Shown in pieces: positions 24,854 to 38,507 of a DNA stretch of 64,000 nt (position 1 is its first letter; each line of letters begins with the position of its first letter). Under the pieces are notes generated by a model. The model was not told where the DNA came from. It saw only the letters and a list, made by a program, of their open reading frames with translations, and did no database searches. The stretch comes from Mytilus edulis. Taxonomy: Eukaryota. Location of the stretch: positions 80,972,001-81,036,000 of the forward strand of contig NC_092352.1 in the NCBI RefSeq assembly GCF_963676685.1, in the 5' to 3' direction. The position numbers and the translations under genes are program-made.

Positions 24854-25692
24854 CAGGGGCGGAGCTAGGTATTATGTCAACTATAGGCACAAATCGGCAG
24901 GGTTCTGGGTGCCGCTTAGTAAGGCTCCCATGAAGGAAAGCCCCCCGACGAAAAGAGGATTTTAGCATTTTTGTTCCATAATTTTGTGTACAAAAATATC
25001 AAATTTACTGGATGAAGGTCTGAATAATTGAAAATGTCATTGGATAAATGAGGTTCATTGGATAGGGACATACATTTTTACCAGCATACCCCTAAAAGTG
25101 TATTTAGCACGAGAGAGTGAGGCGAAAAGTTGTTTGGACTAATTTAAGCTTAAGGCCCACAGAGGCTTAAGGGAAACGATTTTCAAGTTTTTTTAACGAA
25201 AGTTTTAACTCAATTTGGGCAAAAATTGGTTAAACAAATCTAAAATGTCTGAACTTTTGTGAATAACTTTTAGATCCAGTTGCATACACAAAGTCAATGA
25301 TACATTTATTAAAAGTCAAGTCGACGTTTTTTTTTGTTTTTTTGTCAATAAAATCAGTTATACTCGCATCAACATCAACATTGAGGTGTCGGTTGAAGAT
25401 AAAAAATAGATTAGAAAGTCGCTCGTCTCCCATTGTTGATCTTAGGTAGGACTTGATGCGGCCTAGCATCGCACTGAAGGATCTTTCACTAGCTTGTTGC
25501 TGATGAAACGGGCATTGTCAATAAAATCCAAATACCGAAGGGTACGGTACTGATCGGCGTTGGTAACATAAGTAGATAATAATACGCATTAGAATTAAAA
25601 TGTGTAATTTTAACTTTTTTTTATTCCAAAAAGGGTACTAGTATATGATTGGAAAATTTATGTATGTCGAGCCTTAGGTAGCTACGCCCCTG
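24854..25692 (-). mobile_element. Internally deleted hAT element with 5-bp TSD and transposase dimerisation-domain remnant
   Basis: TIRs CAGGGGCGGAGCTA / TAGCTACGCCCCTG; ATTCA duplicated (24849-24853, 25693-25697); remnant MPVSS..ERSFSAM.GRIKSYLRSTMGDERLSNL at about 25410-25515; empty paralogous site at about 59850. Confidence 0.85.
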
Positions 25693-26747
25693 ATTCACGC
25701 TATGGAGTATAGTTTATAGCTTTGGCAATCATACCTCATTTCCTTATTTTGATATTTGATATTTTAGAAAATATACAAGAAACAAAAATAAAATATAATC
25801 TAGTTTGCCATGGAGACAATGGTTATATATTTTAATATTATATCAACACTCCCATGTTTATCGAGAAACACTTGATTTATGAACTTTATTTTATTTCATG
25901 TCTTGAAAAGATGAATTTTGTTCAACTTTGTTAATCATATTTAATGGTTAATAATGTCGGACATTGTACGATTAGAGTACATTTGAACTGGCTATTTGAG
26001 ATAGTTAAAGAACACTTTAGCTTAGTAGTATCTAGACTAAAGCCCAGTAAGAACAAAGGTGGTTTGTTTAAAAGCATGTGTTAAATCTCGATTAAGCCCT
26101 CAACATAAGTATAGCAATTATAAGAAATATATTTTTGTTAATATATTAAGAATCTTTAGTTCGCCATAGTACTAGTGGGTGCAACGTGTGTTTAGTAGAA
26201 ACTGTTAAAATATTTACTTATGTAATGAAACATTAAGTGATTGTGCAGTTAAACGATAATTTTATAGGGTTACTATATGGTTATTATGATATTTGACGTA
26301 CAAAAATAAAAGTGATGACATAATTTATTGGACAATTATATATTTATGGCGTTATGGTAGATTTATGATCGTTCTTCATAGATCGGCGCCATTTATCGAT
26401 CTTTTGCTATACTTTACAGTCGTAAATGCATTTACAAAATTTCCGAAGAACAACTATGATTGGCGACCGTGAATGCATTATCAGTCGTCAACTTAAAATG
26501 AACTCCGTGTTTCATGCACACATGAGTTTTCAGATCAGTACTTTAGAAGACAAACAACATTTAAATATTAGACGGTATTTTTTACAGTTGCTATCTTCTG
26601 ATGATTCTTATTATATGCAAAAAGTCGACTAGACATACATGTATTTTGAATGTATACAAATAAAAACATTCAAATGATTTGTAAAACAACCCGAAAGTAC
26701 AGAGACTAAATCAATGTATAGTATAATAGAGAGGTAGGGCAAAATTT

Positions 26748-27621
26748 GGGCATAGGACATCTGCACTTTTAAAAAAAAATGACATTTGAGCTTTTTACAT
26801 AGGACATTTGCGCGTTTACAATATTTGGTTTTTGTTACTATCCACCGCTTTTATTCGGGTTGGGACCGACAGGTTTGACCTGGTAGAATTTAACGTTTAA
26901 AAATCAACGCATAGCACATTTCATAGCACATTGATACATGTATAAGAGTTTATATACAGCTTAAACTAGTTAAAGTAAACATTCTAAAGACATAAAATAA
27001 ACACGTACAGTCATCACAGGTCAGTTTTCGCTTGATATCTGAAGCCCAAGGACTGAACGATTTAAGTTCTCGTTATTTGTTCTGACTGGTATTTTGCCCA
27101 TATTTTAAATAAATAATCAAGTTCTCTTTCTCAATTCTGCAGTGCATGTTCATCAATATAACGAATCTTAATGTAATTCACTAACTGTTATTAAATGAAA
27201 CTTTTGGACCATTTGTCGTAATAATGACAAATATAGGTTAAATTCAACTACGTACAAGTGAGAGGTTTAGCTAGCTATAAAATCAGGTTCAATCCACCAT
27301 TTTCTACATAAGAAAATGCATGTACCAAGTCAGGAATATGACAGTTATCCATTCGTTTGATGTGTTTGAACTTTTGATTTTGCCATTTGATAAGGGACTT
27401 TCCTTTGTGAATTTTCCTTGGAGTTCAGTATTTTTGTGATTTAACTTTTTACGTAATTTTACTTCTCATTTAAATTACAGGTGGATAACTATAGGTAAAA
27501 AGCGAAAATGTCCGGTCAACTTAATACAGGTGAATTAAAGTTAAAGCGCAAATGTCCATAGTGTTTGAAGCGCAAATGTCTTATCGTTTTACAGGTAAGA
27601 AAGCACAAACGTCCTGTATCC
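26748..27621. mobile_element. Degenerate MITE with inverted subterminal GGACATTTGCGC repeats (possibly MULE-like)
   Basis: Three GACAT(T/C)TG.(G/A)C motifs at 26755-26815 and inverted GCGCAAATGTC motifs at 27500-27615; no TSD found. Confidence 0.45.
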
Positions 27622-28204
27622 TTTGAAGTATAAAGTAAAATCACAAAAATACTGAACTTAGAGAAAAATATAATTTAGATATATTACACGATTATATAAT
27701 TATAAATGTCTTATCAAAATGTGTTATGTTTGTTTAGCTAAGATGGTGGATCGCTGTCGAATCGACATATACTTTTAGTCTAAAAATCCAAAGTTAAAAG
27801 TCATTATCGAGGCATAGTAGTGTACGTAAACCACACACAATTTGTTTCCAAATGAATGGTTGAAGTATAAATCTTTAATAAGTAAGCCACTAGACAATAA
27901 TTCAATCAGAGTAAATTATTTTTGACAACTTAATGTTTTGTGACAAACATGTATCCTCGTAAAGGACGAAAACAATTGAAAATGCATAAAGATCATACTT
28001 ATTTTTTATTATTTATTCATATACAATATTTTGCCGCCAATTTAATATCAAATTTACAAATGAAAATTCGGTTAAACAACAGTCTTTCTATGTTCATGCT
28101 TTCTGTGTACTACTTTTAACTGTTACACAACCCTAACCTTTTAAACATCTGTATATTGTTCTGTAGCATTCGTTCCATGCAATAAAATGCCTTGTCAAAC
28201 TGTC

Positions 28205-29162
28205 AAAATTTGGTCGTTGACGTGTACAACATATAAGCTTACGGAGACTTTGTCAGTATTTTGTCGATAGGAAGGTATACAAAATAGGATTGATACAACT
28301 GTTGGCATACGCTTAGATCTCCGAAGTTGCTTGAATACTATATATTAAAATGTAGTTATAAAAATTTCCAAAGGCGATAAACATATTCATGAGGTGATAT
28401 GAACAAATACAATCACTATAAGGAGTATCCTCTTTGCTACTCTCTTCATCAGCTTCATACGTGTGGCACGTTGACTGGTACCCAGAACAACTCCGTATAA
28501 AACTTGTTTAACTATTACACCATAAAAGACACATATCGAAATCTATTATAACACATATCCAAAAACAAGAAAATAAGACAACAATCTTCTGCCAAAGGTC
28601 ATGGACATACTGCATTCTGATGGTTCTGATTTACCAAACTCGTTTGTTTCAAAAATTACTGGAAGATAAGAACCAGATACAACAAGCCAAGTGATCAAAA
28701 CGACCAGGTTAACATTCCGTCTGGTTCTGAATTTCTTTGATGTGATTGGGTGAACTATTGCTAGATAGCAGTCTACAGACATCAGAACTAAGGTATACAC
28801 ACTAATCGTTGCGGAAACATACAAAAGATAGTTTGATAATTTGCATACAATGTCACCAAATACCCGACTGCCTTTGAAGTATGTTGTAACTATGAAAGGA
28901 ACATATACCATAATATATAAAAATTCAACAACGCCTAGGTTAACTATAAATATGCCTGTTGTATTCTCCTTCTGCCTTTGTGAACAAACAGCAATAATCA
29001 CGAACAGGTTCCCTAAACAGCCAACTTGTATGGTCAGTCCGTAAATAATAAGTAGGATAAGTTCAAGAATGCATTGAATTTCAACTTGAGTTTCAATTAG
29101 TGCAAGCTCTTCTGCAATTTCTGAAGCAGATATATGTTATATGACACTGTGAGGTTGGTCAT
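28205..29162 (-). pseudogene. Allatostatin-A/galanin receptor-like GPCR pseudogene (copy 1)
   Basis: Paralogous to 37545-38507; 2-bp insertion shortly after the ATG at 29162 shifts frame; DRY changed to DCY; stop at 28546 after GYVL; deletion in TM6; stop in TM7. Confidence 0.88.
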
Positions 29163-31011
29163 GTTTTAATGGTCTAATAGTTTGGTTAAATGGTCCTTCA
29201 ACCTTTGAAAGTAACCCTGAAAATAACAAGGATATATTATTAACAAGTCAAATAATCAAAGGAATCACGCTTCTTCCTCCGTCCATAGACATCTGGCAAA
29301 TAGTCAGTATAACACTAGAATTACATTTCTCAATTATCAAACCATATAAAGGGGTTAGACATACAAGGCTTATAATAAACTACCAATGTAAAATAGAGCG
29401 GCGGATGTTAGCAAAGCAAAATTTAATCTTGTAAGTCGATGATATACTGGCAACGCCATGGATAAATACAACAACAATCAAGAAGCAACATGAAACTACC
29501 AAAAATTCAAACAAATTAGGGTGTATATAATACAGCATAAAAAGCTAAAACTTGGCAATTAGAAACCATAAAAACAATGGTTGATCTGAAAGGCTCCGGA
29601 AGAGTAAGCAGATCGCTCCAGATCCACACGTGGTACCCGCCGTTAATTTGCACAACAAACGCAATTTACGCCAACAGCACACAAATTAAACAGTAGGCAG
29701 ACCAAGTTGATAGGGTACATTTTTATAATTATTCGAATAATGAGACCGGCAAAAGTCAGTCCGTTAGTTTTCCTGTTTGAATTGTTTTACATGTGTCATT
29801 TCGAGGCCTTTTGAGGCTTGCAGTTTGGTATGGATTGTGAAGATTGCTGAAGGCTGTATGATAACCTGTAAGTGAATTTTCTTTGTCAGTGAGTCTCTGG
29901 TGACGAGTTGTATCCTTGGAAATCGTACCGTATCGTCCTGTTTCTATATAAAGAACATTTTAAAAAATATAATGCTTTTTGTATTGAATTTTGAAATTAC
30001 AATCCTCATAAATGGAGATCTAGAAAACCCTAGGTGTCCTTACATTTTCAGACTAACTCACCACAAAATGATCTAACTATGTTTTGTTAAAGTAAAATGC
30101 ATTTATATATTTTTTAATATTTAATGTTATACTTGTATAATACTTTCTGCTGGCAGTTATTAATGAGATTTATTTACAAAATGGTTTAGCCATCTAACCT
30201 TAATGTGTATAATATGTAGATATGTTTTATTTGTTTTCAATCTTAATTCCATACAGAATGCATATGAACTGAGCTTAATACTTAGAACTTTAATCTTAAA
30301 CTAAGGCAGAGTGAACAATCTAATGAGTTTAGTAATGACAATACCTTGAACACTTTTCCACCATTGTGTTACCAAACTGCATGCAGATACTGAAAAAAGG
30401 ATGTCCAAATTCATGAGTTAAAAAACTGTAATACTATGGCCGAATACGAAAAATTACCAAACGATAACTAGCCATGAGAGTTAAAATACAATGAAAGTAA
30501 GCTATTAAAAGCAACCATACAGCCTTCAACAACGAATCGACCTACTTCGTAAAATCAGCTTTAAAGGGAAATCAGACTATTTATACTACTGATGATATTT
30601 TTTTGAAATTTTGAATGTTGATAGATCATATATACTTATTTCAATATTTTAGGCGGAAAAAAATTGGGTCACCGATGTTGTTTTTGAGATATGACGACGT
30701 CTAAAGGTAAAAAATCGCGTTATACCGAAACATAGAAATAGCGCTCTAAGTAACTAATTGAAGGCAAAATTATTGAAAAATGTTGTTTTACTGCTTTAAC
30801 ATAAACAGTCAATTTTAACTTTTACATTATACACATTCATTTCTCTCTGTTTCCTTATTTTTCAAGGACTTTGGATATTTCCCGCCAATTGTTAGTCATT
30901 ATAGATTTTTCTTGAAATAAAAAAAGAAATCTACTAATGTTTTTTCGTTCAAACTTCTGCATGAGTTGCAGCTTCAGGGAAGAATTTAAAAGCATGAATA
31001 ATAAAAATGAA

Positions 31012-31048
31012 ACGCGCGTTTCGTCTACAAAAGACTCATCAGTGACGC
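31012..31048 (-). ncRNA. Hammerhead ribozyme truncated at its cleavage site
   Basis: GCGUCA-CUGAUGA-GUC(UUUUGUA)GAC-GAAAC-GCGC-GU followed by unrelated flank. Confidence 0.8.
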
Positions 31049-31237
31049 TCGAATCCGAAAAAGTTAAAAAGGCCAAATAAAGTACGAAGTTGAAGAGCAT
31101 TGAGGACCAAAATTCCTAAAAGTTTTGCCAAATACAGTTAAGGTAATCTATACCTGAGGTAGAAAAGCCTTTGTATTTCAAAAAATTCAAAAATTTGTAA
31201 ACAGTTAATTTATAAATATAACCATATCCATGACAAT

Positions 31238-31712
31238 GGGCCATTCCAGTTAATATCTGCTAAAGGGGGGTGGATGGTCCTTTCTGAGGGGTGTAAAATT
31301 TATTCATCTTGGGGGTGAAATTTTGGGTTTTTTCATCTGACACGTACACTTATACGCAAAAATTTCTGAGGGTCTTACAGGAGTAAATAATTAAAAATAA
31401 TTACATCTTAGGGGTTACAAAAAATACCTATTTCAGATCTTAGGGGTGCTTTGGAATGAAGACAGTTTCGTATCATGCATTATCTGGTATTGTATTTAAA
31501 ATTCTGATGGGTGCAATCCTTGCAGTAAAAAATTCTGATAGGTCAATTTTTCCCATGAAAGCCCATCCACCCAATATGAACAGAAACTCTACATCTGATA
31601 GGTCTTAATTAATAGATCTGATAGGTAGTTTTTCATGATGTTTTTTTCTGATAGGTATGAAAAAAAATCTCCCCATCCATCCCCACCTGTCAGAAATTAA
31701 CTGGAATGGCCC
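31238..31712. mobile_element. PIF/Harbinger-like MITE nested in the ribozyme array
   Basis: 17-bp perfect TIR GGGCCATTCCAGTTAAT; 3-bp TSD AAT; the neighbouring unit shows the empty site GACAATTCATG at about 32075. Confidence 0.9.
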
Positions 31713-31847
31713 AATTCATGTCAGCACAAAAAGTGCTGACTACTGGGCTTGTGATACCCTCGGGGAAATAAATCTCCACCAGCAGTGGCATCGACCCAGT
31801 GGTTGTAAATAAACTTTTCATAGATACCAGGACTAAATTTAGTATAT

Positions 31848-31891
31848 ACGCCAGACGCGCGTTTCGTCTACAAAAGACTCATCAGTGACGC
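31848..31891 (-). ncRNA. Minimal type I hammerhead ribozyme, intact core
   Basis: Stem I GCGUCA/UGGCGU, core CUGAUGA, stem II GUC/GAC, GAAA, palindromic stem III AC-GCGC-GU, GUC cleavage triplet (cut between 31854 and 31853). Confidence 0.9.
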
Positions 31892-32212
31892 TCGCATTCG
31901 AAAAAGTTAAAAAGGCCAAATAAAGTACGAAGTCGAAGAGCATTGAGGACCAACATTCCTAAAAGTTTTGCCAAATACAGCTAAGGTAATCTATGCCTGA
32001 GGTAGAAAAGCCTTTGTATTTAAAAAAATTCAACTATTTGTAAACAGTAAATTTTTAAATATAACCATATCAATGACAATTCATGTCAGCACAAAAAGTG
32101 CTGACTACTGGGCTTGTCATACCCTCGGTGAAATAAATCTTCACCAGCAGTAGCATCGACCCAGTGGTTGTAAATAAACTCATCATAGATACCAGGACTA
32201 AATTTAGTATAT

Positions 32213-32256
32213 ACGCCAGACGCGCGTTTCGTCTACATAAGACTTATCAGTGACGC
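32213..32256 (-). ncRNA. Minimal hammerhead ribozyme with core mutation (CUGAUAA)
   Basis: Same fold as 31848-31891 but conserved G8 is A. Confidence 0.75.
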
Positions 32257-35200
32257 TCGAATCCGAAAAAGTTAAAAAAGCCAAATAAAGTACGAAGTCG
32301 AAGAGCATTGAGGACCAAAAACAGTACCGAGTCTGTTTATAAGATATGTAGGGTATGTCCAAAGTATTAACAACGAATATAAATGGATGTCGTGTTATAT
32401 GAATAAAATCAAAATTAAAATGTTCATGTTGTCTGTAAAATAGATATAAGTACCTATGATAAATGTATGAGTACAAGTGCCAATAAGACAACTCTCCGAA
32501 AAAGTATACGATAAAGCCACACATATATATAGTATCTAACTCAATAGAAGTAGTCATTTGTTAGAACATTAATTGATGAGTACTAGTGCCAATGGGACAA
32601 CTCTCTGTAAAAGTACATAATAAAGCCACCTATATTTGCTAACCTAACTAACAGAAATATTCATTTGTTAGAACATTTATTTATGTGTTAATGTGTTTGT
32701 AATCTTTCCTCATGAGCATTTAATCTGGTTTTCATAGAAAATGTCAGGATTATGATAAACAATCCATCCTATATGTTCTGTTTAACCTATGATCATATAG
32801 ATTTTCGTGATACTAAAACTACCATATATTTTGACAGTTTATCAATTAATTGTAAATTGTATAATTTATGACTCTCAAGATAATTGTCAAGTTTTATTAT
32901 GACATTCCAATATATGAATTTTAGAATGTAGCAGTTTAATTTGAGGAAGGCGAATAGTAAGTTAAGAACATGTGAAATTTGAGGTGACATATAAGTTTAA
33001 AATATTACCGTAAACAAGAAAACCAATTGAGTTATTGTTGCATTTTTTCTTTATCCATGTAACGTTTTGCATCTTAATGAAATATTAATGCTAATCAACT
33101 GCAAATGACCTTCTCTAAGGAAAAGTTATGTCGTGAAATTTGGTTACATATTGACCACACTGTCAATTCAAATATTCTTTTGAAAAAACAGCGAATTAAA
33201 CGATTTCTTTCTCGAAGATCGACAGCAAATTTTAACAATTTTTTTTTTTTGTCCTCACGTTTATCGAAAGACGATATATGACGTTGATAGGTAGCTTGTC
33301 GTATTTTTTTAACATTCAAAGTATAGCTCTTAACTTATTTCTGGTGACGTCTTATTGTACGTACTCAAGCACATGCACAATAGTTCTTTGTTTCAATAGA
33401 TGTTTGTTCTTTGACAGAATAATATCTCGGATGTTTTCAACGTTATGATCAGAACAACGATATTGGTTGTGTACTGTACAATTGTTGTTTTTGTCTGTAT
33501 TTGTTTTTCTGAGATGTAAACATTATCATAGTATTTTCATATAAACGGCTGATGCTAATCTTTTCAGTGTGACCTTATGGTTGATCGTACTGGCCTGGTT
33601 TTATTGTTCACAGCGACAGTAAAGTTTATAATCAAAAGGGAGTCCATTTGAGGATGTATAAATTCTCAGTTACATCCCTTCGAAATGAAGAGAAGGCAAA
33701 TTATTTCTGCCCTATCCAAAGTGCAACCATTTTACCACGATAGGTCTAAACTCTCCGTTAACTCATGAGTGATTTTTGTATTTTCGAGAACAATGGATTT
33801 TAATTTCCCAATAGAATATTGAAAATGTCAACATTTTATTAGCTATTGGTCTATTCAAGAGGGAAGCTCCCGTTGTCACTTATGAATGTAAGGTACACAG
33901 AGTTTGCTATGAAAGTACAATACATTTATAATGATATATGTCATATATTACAACTAAAATTGAGAATGGAAATGGGGAATATGCCAATGAGATAACAACC
34001 CGACCATAGAAAAAAACAACAGCAGAAGGTCACCAACAGGTCTTCAATGTAGCGAGAAATTCCCGCACCCGGAGGCGTCCTTCAGCTGGCCCCTAAACAA
34101 ATATATGCTAGTTCAGTGATAATGAACGCCATACTAATTTCCAAATTGTACACAAGAAACTAAAATTAAAAATAATACAAGACTAACAACTGCTTTATAT
34201 AATAATATATTTAGTGTTTGTGTGAATGTTTAGAACAAAATATAACGTTGATATGTAAGGGTGGATAAATTGTGAACAATGATTGTATTAGAACAAACCG
34301 TGAAGCTACATCTCATGGTAATATTTCTTATGCAGATATGTTACTGTTCTTATAAATGGTACATGGTATTTTAACTCCGAGTCTTTTCTCTAATAGTGTT
34401 AAGAATTGTATGTCTTGTTTACTGCATTCTTAAATATTGTTGGCAAACTTTCGAAACATTATTCTCAATTTCGCTATACTAGAAACATTATTCTGATCAT
34501 CATATATCCAAGTCATCGACTTCTATGCAAAAATCACAAAGTACCTATGGTTTGTTTTCGGTTAGAAACGGACTTAAGGTATAACATACAATCGCTTGGA
34601 GTCTTCAAAATAAAAGTATTACAGATTTAAGTGGTTGTCGCTTATTGTTGAATTTCATATAATATTGTTCATGATTTGTAGTTGTTCTTTTGTTACGCAA
34701 CAGTGCAATGTTAGGGGATCCCGGAGGACTGGCGCCTTTAAACCTCTCCCAAGTCACAAGCCTGTAGTTTAGTGGTTGTCGTTGGTTCATGTCTGTATTA
34801 TATGTTTTTTGTAAATTATTTTGTTATAAATAAAGCAGTACATGTTCTTAATTGAATAGTTTTGTACTTTTCATGTTGGTAACTTTTACAGCCGACTAAA
34901 CGGTATGGGTTGTTCTAATTTTTAAAGGCTGTAAATAATATAATGGTCTAATGAATGTGGTTAATGCTTGCCATTCACGTATTTTTGTATGTTATATACG
35001 CATAAAAATGATGTGTTAATTAACTGCAAAGTAATTTATAGTATTACGTTACGTAAATACTGTAGTAGTTTCTACTGAAAAACAAAACGTTACAATTACT
35101 TTTATTACCGTGAGTAAAACATTCCAGTAATATAACAAGGATATATCTTTCATAATTGCTACTTATGTTGAGGGCTTTATCAAGATGTAACCCATGCCGA

Positions 35201-36578
35201 AGGTGATATTTCTGGAAATAACCTGGATACTACGAACAACACAGCTATATCATGCACCAACTACCACAGATATTCTGAACTCTGTTGTCTCATTGGCACA
35301 CATACCATTTCTACTTATTTATATCTAATTGTACAGTAACGACAAATATTAAAGCAATAGGATCCTTTATACGATGTTATCCTTAGTCAGTTTCTCCATA
35401 TCAAACTAGATTGATAGTTTAAGAAAATCAAATGGTTATAAAAAAAAAAAGATTTAACCGTGTAAAACTCCACATGTAGAATGTAGGCTATAGTCGGCAT
35501 GAGGAGACGGCTTCTTTGCAACCCCCTCCGAAAAAACCGGGGAAAATAGAAACAATAAAAAAAGACCAATGTTAGCAAGTATAAGATTTTATTTCACTTA
35601 AATACATATTAAGACAGAAATAACGGACTGCACGAAAAACTATAACAAGATGAACGCATTCATTTTTTTTTGCAAAGGCGTTATCAATTTGTAATCACCA
35701 AGTTTGGATACCCCGTTTCTATATAACGCCTTATTTGCTCGAAAGAGTATGTTATCTAGAGCAACATGTGAATAGTGTTTGAAATTTCACTTGAATTTTA
35801 AAGCAACATTAAACACTAGAAAAATTGTATGTTATAAGTGAAATAATTTGTTTATGATTTGATTTATTAAACGAACGTGCAGTAGAGGGTTTGCACTTTC
35901 GATATGAATAGGAAGATGAGCTATGAGTGTCAATGAAAATATTCTCCGTCTAAGTCGCAATGTAGAAAAAGTAAACAATTATAGGTCAAAGCGTTCCAAG
36001 ACGTCCAAGACAAGTACTAGTGTAGTACTAGTGGTTGCAACGTGTGTTAAAGTAGAAACTATTAAAGTATTTACTTATGTAATAAAATATTTAGTGACTT
36101 TGCAGTTAAACAACAATTATATGGTTACTGCATGGATATTATGCACATTTAACGTACTAAAACACTAAACGTGGTAACCTAATGTATTAGACCATTACAT
36201 ATTTACGGTGTTATGGTCGTTCTTTATAGATCGGCGCCATTAATCAATCATTTACTATACTTTAAAGTCATAAAATGCATTTACAAAATATTCGAAGAAT
36301 ATCTATGATTGACGACCTTCAATGCATTAAAAGCCGTTAACTTACAATGGACTCCGCGTTTCATGCACACATGAGTTTTCAGATCAGTTCTTAAGAATAA
36401 AAACAGCAATTAGATATCAAACGTTAGAACTTTTTTACTATTAACGATTGTTATCTTCTATTGGTTTTTATCATCTGCAAAAAGTCGACTCGAGATTGTC
36501 TTGAATATATAAAAATAAAGACATTCGAATGCGTGCTTTTCAAGATAAATGTTTCTTAAAAGTCAGTGGCTATTTTGT

Positions 36579-37054
36579 CTCTTAGCGGCTATGTAACCGG
36601 CTCCTGCAAAATAGCGATTTATGTAAGAGTTTGGCTATTTTTCTGATCTTTAATAAAAATGCAGTACAGTTATACAACTAAATCGTTTTCAAAGTATTCC
36701 AACAACTGATTTAGCTCTTCGTATTAGTCGAACTAAGCGTTTAATTTAAGTTTGTATGATAACAAGTTGTCGTCCTCATATTTTAGAACGCGAATGTTCA
36801 ACAGAAATTAACGCATGTACATGTAATTTAATGATTACAGTTTACCTAAAAGTGAATAAACCAGACCCCTAAGGCAAGGTGAAGACTAACTTAAAGGTAA
36901 TTGACATCTAGCCACATATGCCATTTAAGTAGTTTCAATAAAAGATGTATCGCATACAGTCTGATTAAAACAATATGAAATAAAACCGAAAAATAGCAAA
37001 ACTCTATATAAATCGCTATTTTGACAGAGCCGGCAAATCAATAGCGTCAATGAG
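36579..37054. mobile_element. MITE with about 65-bp imperfect TIRs
   Basis: CCGGCTC.TGCAAAATAGCGATTTAT...GAGTTTGGCTATTTTTC mirrored at 36987-37034; absent from the paralogous units; ends uncertain. Confidence 0.6.
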
Positions 37055-37544
37055 AATGTTTTGCCGGAGCCTGTTTTGTTTTTTAAACTGAGATGGTGGG
37101 TTGCTGTCTAATCGACATATACTTTAGTCTAAAGATCCACAATTTAAGTCATTATCGCGGTATAGCAGTTTACGTGAACCACACATCCTTTTTTCCATAG
37201 AAATGGTTGAAGTTTAAAAAAATAAGTCAATAGACAAAAAATCATTTAGAATGATTTGTTATTAATAACTAAATGTTTTGTGACAAACATTCATCCTCGT
37301 AAAGGACGAAAACATTTGAAAGGTGCCTAAAGATGATACATTATTTTTTTATTAGATATATATATACAATATTTTGCCGCCAATTTAATATCAACATATA
37401 TAAGCATTCGGTTTTACAAAATTCATTCCAATTCTCATGTTTTTTCTGTACAAATATATGCTGTTACGTGAACCTATCTTCTGAAACATCTATTTTGCTT
37501 ATTTATCATTCGCTCCATGCAAAAATATTGCAGTGTCTAAAATG

Positions 37545-38507
37545 CTAAATGTTTGAATTATTTTGTCGTGCACGTTTACAACACAGAAGTTTACGAACAC
37601 TTTGTCTGTATTTTGTTGAGAGAAAGGTATACAAAATAGGATTTATACAACTGTTGGCATACGATAAGAGCTCCGAAGTTGCCAGAATGCTATATATTAA
37701 AATGTAGTTATAAAATTTTTCAAAGGCGATAAACATATTTATGAGGTGATATGGTAACCAACAAATAGCAAAAACAATCACAACAACAAGTATCCTCTTT
37801 GCTACTCTCTTCATTGGCTTCCTATTTGTAGCACTTCGACTAGTGCCCGGAACAACTCCATACAAAATTTGTTTAAGTATTACACCATAGAAGACACATA
37901 TCAATAATAATGGAAGCGCATATCCAAAAACCAGAAAACACACCGTCAATCTTCTGAAGGAGGTCATAGACATACTACATTCTGATGGTTCTGATTCATC
38001 AAACAATACCGGAATATAAGAAACAGATATAACAAGACAAGTAAGAAATAAGATCTGGTTAGCATTCTGTCTGGTTCTGAATTTCTTAGATGTAATTGGA
38101 TGAACTATTGCTAGATAGCGGTCTAGAGACATCAGAACTAGGATATACACACTAATCGTTCCGGAAACATGTAAAATATAGTGTGACAGTTTGCACACTA
38201 TTTGACCAAATACCCAACTGCCTATGACGCGTGTTGTAACTATGATAGGAACATATACCATGATGAATAAAAAATCAACAATGGCTAGGTTAACAATTAA
38301 TATGTCCGTTGTATTCCGCTTCTGTCTTTGTGAACAAACAGCAATGATCACGAACAGGTTTCCTAAACAGCCGACTGGAAAAGTCATTCCGTGTATTATT
38401 GGTATGATAAAACTTAAAATGCGTTGAAATTCTTGAATTTCAATAAGTATAAGCTCTTCTGCAATGTATGCAGCAGACATGTTATATGACACTGTAAAGT
38501 TTGTCAT
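37545..38507 (-). CDS. Class A GPCR, allatostatin-A/galanin receptor-like, intronless CDS, 320 aa (copy 2, intact)
   Basis: Seven hydrophobic segments; GN (TM1), NLAIVD (TM2), WVFGQIVCK, LVLMSLDRYLAIVHP, CWLP, NSCINPILY, C-terminal CC; N-glycosylation sequons NFT and NMS; 5' UTR acceptor TTTTTTCAG at about 38562. Confidence 0.92.
   Translation of the reverse strand: MTNFTVSYNMSAAYIAEELILIEIQEFQRILSFIIPIIHGMTFPVGCLGNLFVIIAVCSQRQKRNTTDILIVNLAIVDFLFIMVYVPIIVTTRVIGSWVFGQIVCKLSHYILHVSGTISVYILVLMSLDRYLAIVHPITSKKFRTRQNANQILFLTCLVISVSYIPVLFDESEPSECSMSMTSFRRLTVCFLVFGYALPLLLICVFYGVILKQILYGVVPGTSRSATNRKPMKRVAKRILVVVIVFAICWLPYHLINMFIAFEKFYNYILIYSILATSELLSYANSCINPILYTFLSTKYRQSVRKLLCCKRARQNNSNI

Larger units (their letters stand above)
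31012..32320 (-). mobile_element. Tandem array of 365-bp hammerhead-ribozyme-bearing units (non-LTR retrozyme or Penelope pLTR-like), about 2.3 units
   Basis: Unit period 365 bp (31851 vs 32216; also 31011 vs 31854 after removing the nested MITE and its TSD); one hammerhead per unit. Confidence 0.88.
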
